DNA of 63,213 nt, filler included, from Reticulomyxa filosa (GCA_000512085.1; 22 parts of 22 records of this genome joined end to end with filler, not necessarily neighbours in it), one strand, 5' to 3'; numbered from the whole stretch's first letter, positions 39,928-54,204 are shown. Notes: a model not told the origin generated them from the letters alone. A program made the numbers and translations.

Positions 39928-40589
39928 TTTTTTTTTATTTTTTTAAATTTTTTGTTGTTTGTTTAAGTATTGTGTTTTTTAATGGTTTTTTTAACGTTTG
40001 CATTTGCTTATTTTTTGTTTTGTTTGAAGTTTAAAATTGTCATTTATGTTTCATAATTTGTTTTTCGTGATGAAGTCGACCATCTTTGTGTAATGATGTT
40101 TTAGGTGTATAGCTTTTTTTTGTAATCTATTGTACGTGTGCGATTATGTTTTGCGGGACTAAAAAAAAAGTAAATCAAAATTTACAAAATCACTCCAAAA
40201 AAAGATAGCAAAAACAAAATTTCAAGAGCTTAACCCTTGATTGGTAAGATTGAATATTTGTCAATTAGCATTTTAGGTTGCATTTTTTGCAAGCTAACGT
40301 ATTTTAGACATCTCATTTTCACGGAAAATATTGTGCATTTTTATTAATATATTGTCTATCAGATATCAGTATTTTGGCACAGTTATCTAAAATGCAGTGA
40401 TGAAACGATGTCAATGTTTTGATCAAATTAAGATAAAAATTGAAGCAATAGCTGCATTTATTTAGACAGAAACGGGAAGAAAAAGATCTACAGAAAAACT
40501 CGGACCTGCGAACAAAAAAAACGGGGGAAAAAATAGTTAAACCGACCAAAAAATGTATTTCGACAATGGTGTGCGTTTTTTTTTTTCTG

Positions 40590-41060
40590 TGCGGAAACAT
40601 TGTTTTCCTGGGGTCTTGGTGTTTTGATTATATGGCATACAAACCGTTTTTGGCATTTGCGAACGCATCCTGTGATCCACAGTCGTGTTCCCTTTTTCCA
40701 GATGATAACGTCGTTTTTTGCGTGGTTATATGTCTGCATATACATACCTGTCCCCTTAGCAGAGTGTTCCTTTGAAATGACCTCCTCGCAAGCAGAGATA
40801 TTGAAATCAGTCCGTATCCTGACATATGCATTGATACCCTCGGGCTATTTTCTTCTGTTGTTAACAAAGTATTACTTGTTATATTTTGGAATGAACTGGA
40901 CAACCCGTTCAGTCACGAAAGAATGGAAACAGCACATAAACGAAGCATTTGTCCAAAAAGACTGGTTCTTGCAACATAAAAAGACGTTTGGAAATGCAAA
41001 ATGGGTGATCATCCACCTTACTTTTCCGGCTTACCTCTGTCGAGTGCTCACACTTTTGTA
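40590..41060 (+). CDS. Multi-pass membrane protein exon, possibly 7TM(-RGS)-type receptor (3' partial)
   Basis: Hydrophobic helices plus RFWHLRTHPVIHSRVP and LLYFGMNW...EWKQHIN...WFLQHKKTFGN, recalled from protist 7TM-RGS families. No RGS domain is visible. Confidence 0.45.
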
Positions 41061-41113
41061 TGTATTTTCAATTCAATCATTATGTACCTAAACACACATA
41101 TACGTACGTGCTC

Positions 41114-41154
<41 letters not shown>

Positions 41155-41959
41155 NNNNNNNNNNNNNNNNNNNNNNNNNNNNNNNNNNNNNNNNNNNNTT
41201 AATTAATTAANNNNNNNNNNNNNNNNNNNNNNNNNNNNNNNNNNNNNNNNNNNNGTGTGTGTTTGTCTATATTTTTTGTTTTGCTGAAAATTCTACTCAA
41301 TTCAGTTTTCATCGCTTTATTTAAGAAAATAAATACGAAATAAAGTATTGTTAAAGTGTAAACATTTAGAACGAACGTCCTTTGATCAATACAATTTTTA
41401 TGAACATCTTTTTGCAAATAAAAAATGTCATAACATATCAAACAATCATTTGATACCTTTTTCTCGTTCATTCAAATGGTAATTATTTGCAGTGGTTTTA
41501 TTTCATTCACCAAACAAAAGAATGTTTCACAAAGAAAGAAAAGTTTACTCTAATTATCCATATCCTTATTTTCCTTACAAAAAATAAAAAATTGTATCAA
41601 TTTGATCTTTGAACCATTTTTATTTAAATGATTTATTGCCATGTAAAATATTATTTTGTTTTTTTCACATTCTCCTTTTTTAAAAAAAATTCAGCAATAT
41701 TTGATAACATGAATAACCAAAAATCTCCTGAAAGAGAAGCCGAAATGAGCATGGTTACTTTCAAAAGTTGAGAATACACAACTCTCTTATCGACTATGAA
41801 AAATGTTTTTGCAAAAAAAATCTGACATTGTCACTTCAAAGTGATAAAAAGAAAAGAAAAATTTGGTATTGATAATGAAAAATAAAGAAACATTTATTAC
41901 AAGTATGAAATTTAATTTAATTTAATTTAAAAACACTTGTAAATATATTTTAATTATTT

Positions 41960-42451
41960 TATTTTAGTCATTCCACTTTCTCATTTTCCAAAATGATTAA
42001 ATAAATTTCCAATTTTGATATTACCCTTTGGAATACTTTGAATAAATTTGCTATCACTAACTATTGATCATTTCTCGCACATCTTTGACATATTTATTTG
42101 CTTGAATAATTTCAATTTACGCCTTTTTTAACTGAACAAACAGTGTCCCTCCTTCAAATCCACAAAAGTCCATTGTGCATAGTTTAAAATTTTGTTTTAA
42201 CCTTGTATTTCCACTTGATAAATTTTTCTTTATTCACAACATAAGATAATTAAAACTCGTGAAATTAAATGTTATCCAACATCACTAGATTAAAACATCC
42301 ATTAAATGATGAAATTTAATTTATTGAATTTGTTGTTAATATATACATAAAATGTTTTATCATATGGTCCTATGATCCAGAACAAATGAATAAATTGTAT
42401 TAAATGTAAAATTATCAATACTGTTCACATAATCAGTGTATCCAGTGAAAA
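41960..42451 (-). pseudogene. WD40 gene remnant
   Basis: The minus strand gives FTGYTDYVNSIDNF..FICSGS*D and a decayed C-terminus; heavily deleted. Confidence 0.5.
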
Positions 42452-43321
42452 NNNNNNNNNNNNNNNNNNNNNNNNNNNNNNNNNNNNNNNNNNNNTTAAT
42501 TAATTAANNNNNNNNNNNNNNNNNNNNNNNNNNNNNNNNNNNNNNNNNNNNGTGGTGAGCTGCGCAACCTATGTTACAAGTTATAATATTTTTTTTATAA
42601 CGTGATTGGAAAAATGCTTAAAACATGTACGATGAACACACACGTATATAACATAGATCTCAAAGAATACAACGCATAGCAATTGAACATTGAAAAGTGA
42701 TGGTTGCGGTGCAAGCAATGTGAAGTGAAGTCAAATATATCCGATTGCAAGTATTGATACATGCGTCAAATATTGTTTGTTTTTATCCCAATTGTTATTT
42801 TTGATTTTTTTTAATGATAATTCAAATAGTCTTCTCCAGCTCACCTAATTTCTTTCTCATCAAATCATATTCATTCTAAAAAATTTCTGAATTTTAATAT
42901 TGTATATCTCAAAGAAAGTTCAAATCGAATTCATCCGCATCTTCTCGCTTTCACTTGTATCTTCGAAAAAATTGATAATTGGAATTAATTTTATGTGATA
43001 ATGTGCAATAGGCTCTTCTATTGCTTAGAGTTGGTGTTAATAAAAAAAGCGATCTAAAAGAGCCACACGTAAGAGTCGACTGTACGAAATAGGAATTGAC
43101 TCTTGCTACTATTCCTGGCAAAAAAGACCTCGAGTAGCATCTTCTTGCTGTCATGTAGGAGTAAGAATATCTATAAGAGAAAGGAACAAACATGGCAGTA
43201 ATATTGGTGATTGGAAGTTGGGGAGATGTGCAAGTTCTTTGGCCATGAAAATGAACAAGGACTCAGAAATTCCAAAAAAGAGCTATCTAAAAAAGAAAAA
43301 AAAAGATAACAATAGTTGAAA

Positions 43322-46131
43322 TCACTCATAGTTTTGTTTGACAATTGATTGCAATTGTTGCAAGATAGAGTAAAACATTGCAGGTATTGGACAGTGAAAA
43401 TCCATTCGCTTTTTGGTGGTTGGGTGCTCAAATTCTAACAAATGGGTGTGATGTGCATGAAAATCATTTCTGTTCCAATTATATTCATATGCGTTTACAG
43501 TAGATCCAAACAATAATTTTTCAATTTGCAAATCCCAATGTTTGGGAACTTCGTTTCGACAATAAAGTTTGTCACCCACCACTCCTAGTCCCAAGTACTG
43601 GGATTGTAAGCGTATTTGATGTGTTCTTGACGTTTCCATGTCACAATTAATATAAGAGAGCGCATGTTTTCCTCCATGTTGTGACAATTGATGGAGCAGC
43701 TCATCGAGTTTTTTTTCATTTCCTTCAAAGGCTTTAATACATTCACTGCGATGATTATTGACATATTTCACCACATCGATTTCAAAATTTTCTAACCTTG
43801 AAAAAATTGAGCAAACAGGATGATAAGGATTGACAATATGTTTCAAATTTTTATTGCGTTTTTGTTTTTCCATCTTCCACGCCAACAATTTTTGTTTAAT
43901 TTGAGCAAGATCAAAGCATCCCAATTCCACGGTTGTGTCAAGTGGTGCATGAGGACCCAACCAATTTTCTACAACAATCCAATTTTCGTTAAGGAAATCC
44001 TGTTTTGAAAATCGATTTCTTTTCTTTTTGGTGTCACGTGATATATTTTTTTTGTTTTCAAGACGCTTGAGATCAGAGTCAGCACTTGTTCCGTCATTCG
44101 GAAGCCATGGCATTATTTCTTGATTTTTTACAAACCTTTTTTTTTTTTTTTGTTTTCCCCTTCTCCTTTTTACAATGCATTATTGATGTAAACAGATTAT
44201 CACAATGAAGAAACATATAACATAATATACAAAAACATATATGTACATATATATACATGTACACATATATTATGTATGCACCACTGACCGATATTGGCCC
44301 AATTCAATCAGTAATTCATCGATCTCATCATCACCATATTTGTTGGTAATGTAGTTGGGACAGTTAGTGAGAAGCGAGTTTGGTTGCATCAAACTGTAAC
44401 GAATTTTGTCGGCGTATTGCAATGGTGTGAAGGATCCATGACAAAGAACAAGACACTCCCTACGCATGAGATTGTTATTGTTAAAGTTGTTCCATTGATC
44501 GAGCAATTCTTTGATAGTAAGTAAAGATTTACCAAACACCATCAATCCACTCGCTTGACGATCCATACGATGAACTAATCCTGGTGTCATTGTAAAATTG
44601 AATGCATTCATGTGAGAAGGCAGCATTTGCGCCTGCTGCTCTAACGTCAATGCATTATTTTGGATACACCTGTGCAAATCTGGGACCATTTCCAAAAGTA
44701 TGTTCATTAATACATTGTCTTGATACTTGTTATTGTTTTCAGGCAAATGCACACTCATCCCCGGAGGTTTATTTACCACTACTATTTCTTCGTCTTCATA
44801 AATAATCAATTCTTCCCGTGACCAATATTTTTCAGAGGCACTCGTATCTATCAACTTTTTCACCAACAAATAAACAAAGCATAATCAAGAATATGGATCA
44901 AACACATATACATATATGTATATATTTAAACGTGGACTCTAAACTTTTTGGAAAGGCAATTTCAAAACCAATTTATTTGGAGTGACACAGTGTTTCAATG
45001 CATTGATCAAAGTTTCATGTGAACACTGCGAGGAGAAAGAGGAAGAGAGATGTTCATATTGTTGTGTGAGTTGTTCATATTGTTCTGGAGGCAAGCGTTT
45101 TAATTTCTTTTCAATCTGTCCTCTCGACAGCTGTAGTACTTTATTTTTTTTTGTATTGTCTTTGCTAGGTGTATCAACGCCATGCAAAGAGTGTGTTTCA
45201 GTCGCCAACAGCTCACTCCATATTTTTCTCTTAATTTTCCATTGCCGTCCATATGGATCATTCTTTTTTATATGTTTGTCGGAAGTGTTGCTCTCCGCAC
45301 CGGCTTGCTCTCTTTTTTTAGTTTCCCTCCAAAGTGGCCATAGACCACGCCAAATGCGGTCAATGACATGGTGGTGTATTACATTGGTCGGTATACGTGA
45401 CTCGATATGGTCTGACACTCGAACTTTGAAATGAGACTCATAAATGCGATGTGTGTTCAAATAGCAATTATGTTCACTTATCCAATTCGACAACGTTTTT
45501 CTGTCCAACGCAAATAATACTGAAAATTCTTTGTCTTTATGCATTGTACTGGTCTCTTTCACATCTTGGTCATTCCCAAGCAAAACAAAAGATGTATACG
45601 TTGTGACGACAACATAGCAAAAAAAAAAAAGAATAACAAATGAAAATAAAACATTGCTATATTTTTAAGAAAGTGTTTGATTGAGCAACTCGTTGCTGTA
45701 ATCTCTTCGTAAGCATGTTGTGAGAGATGTTGCAAATACTTTGCAATGCCAGTTATAACTGACCGGTCATCATGAAATGAGTGTTTCTTATGTGACGGTG
45801 TTTGGATCCATTCTATCGATATATGTTTCAACGGATAGTCAGGATATTCCATTGATGACAAGTCGTCCCTTGTAGGGAAACGTACTCGGATACTTGTGTT
45901 GTGCAACAAATAATCGATCAGTGGCACCATGTCCTCTGAAGGTGCTTGTCTTTGCATGTAATTGTCCATTTTTTTTTTTGTTATGTTGCATTGCAATTTT
46001 GTAAAATGATTGCACTCGGATTCTGCAGTTACAGGAGAAAACGTTGGAGACTTTGTTGAGTTAGTTGCACTAAACGTGCTGAAATATTGTCGACAAGGAA
46101 ATTTCCCAAAATATCTGACATTTCGAAACAT
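43322..46131 (-). CDS. RluA-family pseudouridine synthase with mitochondrial-type presequence (4 exons)
   Basis: IIYEDEEIVVVNKPPGMSVH, PGLVHRMDRQASGLMVFGKS, ETSRTHQIR....LG..VVGDKLY and LEFEHPTTKKRMDFHCPIP. N-terminus is MFRNVRYFGKFPCRQYFST. Confidence 0.88.
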
Positions 46132-47289
46132 CTTTTGTATACGATTTATTTTATTTTACAACAGTACCAAACGCGACATGACGAGAAAATTTTTTAAGAC
46201 AGCTAACTTTGCGACCCATTTGTTCCGCTGCAAAAATTGGGCTGGAGAAGGAAACCTTAAAACGTTATACTTTGAATAAGTGAAATTGTTAAATTGCTGT
46301 TTGGAGTAATTTGGCACAGAGATAAATGATTATTTAAAAACTCAATTATAGCGATTTTCGTTCTCTTACTCTCTTTTGGAAGCGAGAAAATTGAAAAAGG
46401 TATAAAACGTTAACACGTGCTTAAAGTTATATTTTGTTTAAAGAATCATCATTCTTACTTGTACCATCAAAACACTTTCATTTATTATTTTTTACATTTC
46501 CTAATTATTGAAAAAAGAAAGCAAAAATCGTCAATATTTGACGATCGGATCTCTTCTTTTTTTTGCTATGTTTTAAATGCGAATTCTGTCGAAGAGGGTT
46601 TGAAGCAGCATGTATCTTCTAAGTGGTGATGTTCTCTTGAGAGTGGCAGGATACACCATTGGCATAACAAATGAAACGGATATTCCTCGCAATTGTTATT
46701 ATTGGGTTTGAGACTCGAAGAGTTGGTAGGTTTGCTTTTGATTGTATGTATGTAGAATTGTTTTCCAATCGAAGTGAGAAAGAGAAAGAGAGAGAGAAGT
46801 TAAAAGCAATAATACACATACACACACATATATATATATATATATATAAAACAAGCAGACCTAGGAGATGGGTGATTATCAGAGGAATGTTTATGTTTTT
46901 TCGCAATGATTTGTGGTGAATCCGTGCAGTCTTCTTTTTCTTCTTTTTGGCAACGATTCTTTTTGTCGTCACGCGTTTTGAGCGATTCGACAGGTGACTC
47001 GCGATTGCTAGTATCGGCTCTGTTGTTTTTATAAATTTTTTTTATCTTTATCTTTGTCTTTGTCTTTATCCTTTGTCGTCTTTTCCTTTTCGTGTCTCTT
47101 GGCTCTTGCCTNNNNNNNNNNNNNNNNNNNNNNNNNNNNNNNNNNNNNNNNNNNNTTAATTAATTAANNNNNNNNNNNNNNNNNNNNNNNNNNNNNNNNN
47201 NNNNNNNNNNNTTTATTGTTTATTTAAAAAAAAAAAAAAAATTAAAACTTACAAAATTTTTTTAAAAAACAAAACAAAATGTTAACCAA

Positions 47290-48512
47290 AGCAAATGTGC
47301 CAAATGTTGAGCAGCATCGACATCCCCTTGCCTAACAGCTCGTTCGAGGAAAGAGCGTGCGTACTTAAAGTTTTGAGCTTTTCCACGTAGGCCATACAAA
47401 TAAATTTGTCCCAGTTGGTTTTGTGCCCATCTGTGTCCCACGAGGGCCTGCGTCTCGATGAATACAAACTCTTCATGCTCCATCTGCAGTGCATGATCTT
47501 GCTGTGACGTATCATAATGCCCATCGCCATTGCCATTGTAACTAGCGGACTTGCTACGCGTGGATCCATCGCTGTGGTATTTGAGAGACAGGTCAATCAC
47601 TTGTGGCCGCTTTTGGAACCGACTATACTCGGTAACCACCTTTTTCGCCACCATGTTGTAATAGTGCATCCCCAAGTCGCAGTCTTGGTCGGAATTCTTT
47701 CCTGTTGCGTCGGTGCTGTAGTCGGACAAGTTCATGATCGCACGCCAACCCATCACCAAACTGCTCCCAATGTCCTCTACGCTTACACCGTCGAGGAAAA
47801 AACTTTCTTCGTTCAATATAAATCCCAACTGAAAACACGCGTTGGGATAACCGAATGCATAACTCAATTCCAAGTACCTTTGGCTTCGTTGATATCTGTT
47901 CCTGGAATGTTCCCGGAACTCGGAGACTTGGCCTTCTGTGACTTCATCGTCATCGTTGTTGTTGTCGTTGTTGTTGTCGTTGTTGTTGTCGTTGTTGTCA
48001 CCGATGGAATACAGCAGCCATTCTCCAATGTCATGCAATACTCTCCCGGCCAAACTACGATGTCCAGAAACAGTCCATAACAATACTTGGTATAAGCGTC
48101 TAATTTGTTCTGATTTGGATGCGCCTGCCAACAAAGATGTGGTCAATTTGGAATTTAAATATTGCTCGTCCTTTGCTGTCCCCCACGTCGTCCGTTGGCG
48201 GATTTGTTCAAATAGGGCCTTGCTCACAAGCTGAACGTGATTGCTGGTGTGTGTTGTGTCAGCCTCTTCTTCTGTTTCCGCTTCTGTGTTTGTTAATGTG
48301 TAATCCACGACACGTAGGGCACCCGCTTGGGTGACATACACCACCACTGAGGGATGCAAATACGAACAGCGATACATCCCAATTACATTCTCATTGCTCG
48401 CGTCACGAACCACAAACAAGTGTCCGTCCATTGTTCGTCGAGAGAGGGATACCAGTTTATCGCCCACTGTCGTATCTGTTTTTTTGCACAATACGTATTC
48501 ATTGGACAACAT
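47290..48512 (-). CDS. SEL1-repeat protein (SEL1L/Hrd3-like), internal exon
   Basis: SLVMGWR...DCDLGMHYYNMVAKKVV and QALVGHRWAQNQLGQIYLYGLRGKAQNFKYARSFLERAVRQGDVDA match SEL1L repeats. Confidence 0.72.
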
Positions 48513-48718
48513 CTATTGCAAACATGAAAAGATAGATGAAAGATGGGAAAGAAGAAGGGGAAGGAATTGATATGCTTATACGTATATTTATACGTATATN
48601 NNNNNNNNNNNNNNNNNNNNNNNNNNNNNNNNNNNNNNNNNNNTTAATTAATTAANNNNNNNNNNNNNNNNNNNNNNNNNNNNNNNNNNNNNNNNNNNNC
48701 TCTCTCTCTCTCTCATTA

Positions 48719-49081
48719 CTAAACAGAAATATCAGTGCTTGGCGTGTCCGATGTCACATTGTGATAATTCTCCACTTCTGCAAACTCATTGTCGTAGTGG
48801 TCGTCCAAGTCCAATATATTGTCTTGCTCATACTTACACAAACTTCCTTCCGATCGAAGTCGGTAAGTGTCTCCCTGGGCTGACTCCCTTTCTAGTGTCG
48901 CACTCTTTTCCGTGCTTCTGGTATATTGCACCAACACTTCGTCCTTATTCCAACTGTCCTCGTTTCCTTCGTATACGCTCTCAATTTGGGACTTTGAGTT
49001 GCTCAGGTCGACGTTTCTTGCCCTCGTCTCACTGTTTTCTGCTGTTTTTCTGTGCAAAATGCCAATTGCTTGAGCTTTCAT
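48719..49081 (-). CDS. Hypothetical protein N-terminal exon (3' partial)
   Basis: MKAQAIGILHRK... acidic open frame running to the contig end. Confidence 0.4.
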   Translation of the reverse strand: MKAQAIGILHRKTAENSETRARNVDLSNSKSQIESVYEGNEDSWNKDEVLVQYTRSTEKSATLERESAQGDTYRLRSEGSLCKYEQDNILDLDDHYDNEFAEVENYHNVTSDTPSTDISV

Positions 49082-49610
49082 ATTTTTTTTTTTTTTGTTT
49101 CTGCTTCTCTTTTTTTTTTTCTGACAAAGTCCTTTCTTTTCAATAATCACCCAAATGAGTTGAACAGATGATTTTTCAAAAAAAAAAAAAGAAAGCTGGT
49201 TATAGAATATCAAATTTTGAAAACAAAATAATATTAAAGTAATGTTGTACGTTTTATTAGAAAATTTTTTAAGCAGGCTTACCTTCTGTCGCAACGCGTG
49301 CTTCACATTCTAGTTTAGTAATATTGATATGAATTATAGATTGAGTGGAGATTCGTTTTTAAAAATATGCGCACATGTGGACCATTGCAAAAGTAAAACA
49401 TCTCAAGTTTCCGTACTGATTGTTTTGCACGTTTATCTTATTTGCTGTGACATGACTTTCTTTTTTTACAAACATATTTATTGCCTATTTGGATTACTTT
49501 GTGCGTTTGTTGGTCGAGGATTTTCAAAACAGGTTTTTTAAATCCAAACTAAAAAAAGATAGACATCCTATTCACATTAAACAAGTGAGGAAGATCGATT
49601 TATTTTTTTA

Positions 49611-51929
49611 ATGAATCCAGATGACATAAAAGCAGAAAAAAATACAAACGTGGACGTTGCAACACGCTTTGAAATCATGGCTCCTTTACCGAGGACACTG
49701 CAAGGTACCCAATGTGTAATACACAATCACGAAATACTCATTTGTGGGGGTTCAGGTGAAAGAGGCTGCTATTCCTATCACACACTCAAAAATACGTACA
49801 AGCGCATCTGTTCTTATCCAAATGATGTTGAGTTATTTGGACACTGTGTGGTAAAGTATGTGAATAACGACAATCCAAATGGAATTACTTTGTTGTCCTT
49901 TGGTGGACCTGAAAATGAGAAAAAACACACATTGATGATGAAATACGTAAGTATTTGGGATGTAGACAGTGAAATTGACAATGCAAATATAGAGTGTTAT
50001 AACACATGGAACCATTTGACTGACAATCAAAATAAAGCAATTTCTATTGGCAGAAGTGAGAGTGATTACGAAGGTGTGCGTGCAGTGGTTGGTGGTAGCA
50101 ACAATCATTTACTATTTATCACGTATTTTCCAAATAATATTGATGTATTCAATTTGATCACATTACAGTATATCAATCACGCCACTTTGCCAATTGATCC
50201 CGAATATCCTATCTGTTATCACTGTTTTATTTCAATGGCGGAGAATGGGTCATCAATTGTGAATCTAAACAAAGATATTACTATAATGTGGCTATTTTGT
50301 TATGAGAAAGGATTACGGATTGAGTATAATGAAGATACCAACACTTTTGGATTCCATAGCATACGAGTTTGTACAACCATTAGATCTTTCTATTCTTATG
50401 CTTGTGTTTGTGTCAATGATTTCATCTTATTCTTTGGTGGGGATGATGGTGCAGAAATTGATGCCTTAAAAGATATGTACAAATATTCCATTACAGAAGA
50501 TAAATGGGTAAAATTTGAATATAGTTTGCCTTTCCCGTTGACTGATTGTGTTGCAACATTGAATGATAACAACATGTATGTGCACATTATTGGGGGATAT
50601 GATGGAGATGATGCGGTTTCAACGCATATACGAACGAAAGTGGATAATTGGATGAAAGAAGAGACAGAATTTGAAAAAAAATGGTTGATTGAAGAAGAAG
50701 AAAAAAGAGAAATCGAAGACATCAAAATAGAGCTAGAAGAAATGCAAGAAGGAGATGATATTTACAAGTTGAAAGTTAAGTTGTTTTTTTTTTGTTGTTG
50801 ACAGAAAAAAAAGCTGAAATTAGATTTCTTTTTTTCTCTTTACGTCATAATATTTTTTAAAAAAGAGAAGAAAAGAAATTAAAATAATCACTGAATATTG
50901 GGTTCGTTCCTTGTTCATTAAATTTGGATGGATTCATGAATTCGATGTTATCATTTCAAAATACATTTTGGTAATATGTATTCTCATTTGTGTACGAATT
51001 TCTTTACGCTGAACCAAAAAATTAAACACACGAAATAGATGAAATATTTTAAACCTTTAAAAATTTTCCGAGGACATGATGATATTTTGTGCAGTGTAAA
51101 ATTTTCGCCTGATGATACCAAGCTTGTCACAACTTCATATGACAAGACAATTCGAATATGGGATGTTAAATCAGGAAAGGAAATCCATATATTGAGAGGA
51201 CACACAGGCCCAGTTTATGCCGCACAATTTTCACCAGATGGAAAGACTGTTGTTTCATGTTCATTGGATAAAACAATTCGATTATGGGATACCGAAACAG
51301 GAACAGAGACAAGGAAAATTGAAGAGCATACAAAAAGTGTAACAAATACTGAATTTTCACCAGATGGAAAAACAATTGTATCGTCTTCTTATGACCAAAC
51401 AATTCGAATATGGGATGTAAAGTCTGGAAAAGAAAAAAGTAGATTTGAAGGACATTCAAATGCTGTGAATGATGTACAATTTTCACCTGATGGTCAGCTA
51501 ATTGTATCGTCCTCTCTTGACAATACAATTGCAATTTGGGATGTAAAATCAGGAGAACAAAAAAAGATATTGAAGGGACATACCAATTGGGTTATGCGAG
51601 CAAAATTTTTTCCGGACAATCGCTTAGTTGTTTCCTGTTCGGCAGATGGAACAATTCGAGTATGGGATGCTATATTGGGAACTCAATTAAAAAAATTATG
51701 CGGACATTTCGATGTAGTAATTGATGTGCAATTCTTTCCAGATGGACAAAGCCTTATGTCTTGTTCAATGGACGAAACAATTCGTTTGTGGGATATCAAA
51801 TTAGGAATGGAAATACAAATACTGAAAGGACATGAACAAGAAGTAGCAGGGGTCGATATTTCGACATACAGCAATACAATAGTATCATGCTCTAATGATG
51901 GAACAGTTCGACTGTGGGGACAATTGTAA
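49611..51929 (+). CDS. Kelch-like beta-propeller + WD40 fusion protein; exons 49611-50774, 50866-50970, 51039-51929
   Basis: Kelch-type units (QCVIHNHEILICGG, ITLLSFGG, ILFFGG, VHIIGG), then an in-phase 105-nt linker exon RRKEIKIITEYWVRS..GWIHEFD, then seven regular GH..V..VxFSPDG..IVS.S.D.TIRIWD repeats. All splice sites are GT-AG and phase 0. Confidence 0.9.
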
Positions 51930-52404
51930 ACCGTACAAACATACTTACTAAAAATAATTTAAGTTGGCTTGTTTTTGAGACACTAAGTACAATTCCAACA
52001 TAAATAAATGTCAAAACAAGTCAATCAAAGCGATTTCAACGCTGCTGACTCTAGTTGTATAATAATCAATTTTTTACTGTATCAAAAGCAAAGTATTGTT
52101 GACGTACACAGCGAAAAGAGTTTTTTTCATTTTATTTTATGGAAATTTTCACAACTCAAGTGTTAACAACATGACGGGAGATGATACACTTGAACGTGAA
52201 GTATGAAATGTTCCTTTCTTTAGGTAAAAGCAAAAAGTTAAAAAAAAGGAGGNNNNNNNNNNNNNNNNNNNNNNNNNNNNNNNNNNNNNNNNNNNNTTAA
52301 TTAATTAANNNNNNNNNNNNNNNNNNNNNNNNNNNNNNNNNNNNNNNNNNNNTAATAATAATAATAATAATAATAATAGTAATAATAATAATAGCAGTAG
52401 TAAT

Positions 52405-53133
52405 TTGAATGCTAACAATAGTACCAATTCAAATAGTGCCATTAACGCAATGACAAGTATTGCCAGTAGCAAAGTCAATGTCAAGTTTCCTCCTAGACCT
52501 TGTCATCCTAGAATACGCTTGATCAGCGTTTTACGCAACGAGTGGTCCAAACCAAAACCGGAATGGAAAATGGAGTTTGAAACTCTTGAAGTCGCTCAAA
52601 GTGCTCATTACAAGGGATTAGCTGAAGTTTATATATTTGCATATATGTATGTGTGTCTTTGTGTGTTTTTTTTTTTTTAGTTTTGTTCAAGTTAATACAT
52701 ACTTGGGTGTGTTGTGTGTGTGTGTGTGTGTAATCTATTTTTGTAATCGACGCAAGTTCATGTTGAACAGCACCGCCCCAGAAAATGAAATGTATTGGAT
52801 GTATGTGTATGACAGCTTGGGCGCTGGTGCTATGGGAAAGCCATTTGGAATTGTTGAGGTTTGTGAGTGTTTACATGTCTTTTTTTTTTTTTTTTTTAAA
52901 AAATTTAAAAAAAAAAATTAACAACAAAATATCGAACAAAGACGGACCGAACATACAACAAAGTATTCATGCATTTGTATTGTTATGATTTTCCTTGGAC
53001 TTTTAGCCGTTTGGCCGAATTTGGACAAGGAGTGACAAATGGTTGGAAGCAGCCCTCTCAGATCAAAGTTATTTCTATGACTTGTCACAATCGAGCATGC
53101 ACATATTACATGCAATACATATAAACATATATG

Positions 53134-53166
<33 letters not shown>

Positions 53167-54172
53167 GTAATATGTTATTAAGAATTGTGTTTTGGAATGG
53201 GAGTATACCCTACTTAGAGCATGCAAGATTGGGAAAAATCAATGCGTGAGTATGTGAGACATGTTCCGCAATACTACCTGCCATCACTCCGCGAGATGTT
53301 TGAGCGCGTCAACGTTCCAGCGTCACTCGTGATGAATATGCCCACGTTGGTGTTTGAGCCATCAGTGATGAGTTATTTGCGAACGCAAGAAAACTATTGG
53401 AAGTGCAAGAGTCCATACTTGCGTCCTTCCAACTGGTCTAGCAGTAGCAATAGTAATAGCAATAGCAATAGCAGTATGTTAATGAATGACTATTACAATA
53501 ATAATAGCAATGAAGAATCAAGTATACAACAAATGAACCATGCTCACAGTTATTACCTGAATCGAAAAAGCTCGTCATTTCTGCCTGCAATGAATAGCAA
53601 GTTGGAAGACATTGACAGACCGAAATCGAGAGGACGTGAAGATACCCTCGAGTTGGATGGGGATGCGACTTTGGAGAGGAAAGAGGACGACCGAAATATG
53701 TTTGCCTTTTCCGATGCAATGCACGTCGAAGACAACGATCACGCACACGTACCTCCTTACATGACAGAAGACGACCGACACAACTGGAATATCGGTCTCG
53801 ATCTCGGCCTCGGTCTTGGTCTTGGCCTTGGTCTTGGTCTTGGTCTCGATCTTGATTTTGATAGCGATGACGATAATGAGCAAGGTGCAAGCAAGCGCAA
53901 AGGCGAGGATCTTGGCTTGGGTACGAACACAAACAACCCATTCGATGTATTCGACTCATTTGGCGGAGGGGAAGAAAAAGAAGAAAAAGAAGAAAAAGAA
54001 GAAAAAGAAGAAGAAGAGACAGACATGAAAGCGTCCGGGATTGATACATACCACCCAATGGCCACAGATGAAGACCTGTTTCTACGCGTTCCCATCGCAC
54101 GTCGAACAAGAGTGCTACGTACACATATGCAAATCCAAATGGAGGATAAGCGATTGAATCATCACAACAACA

Positions 54173-54204
<32 letters not shown>

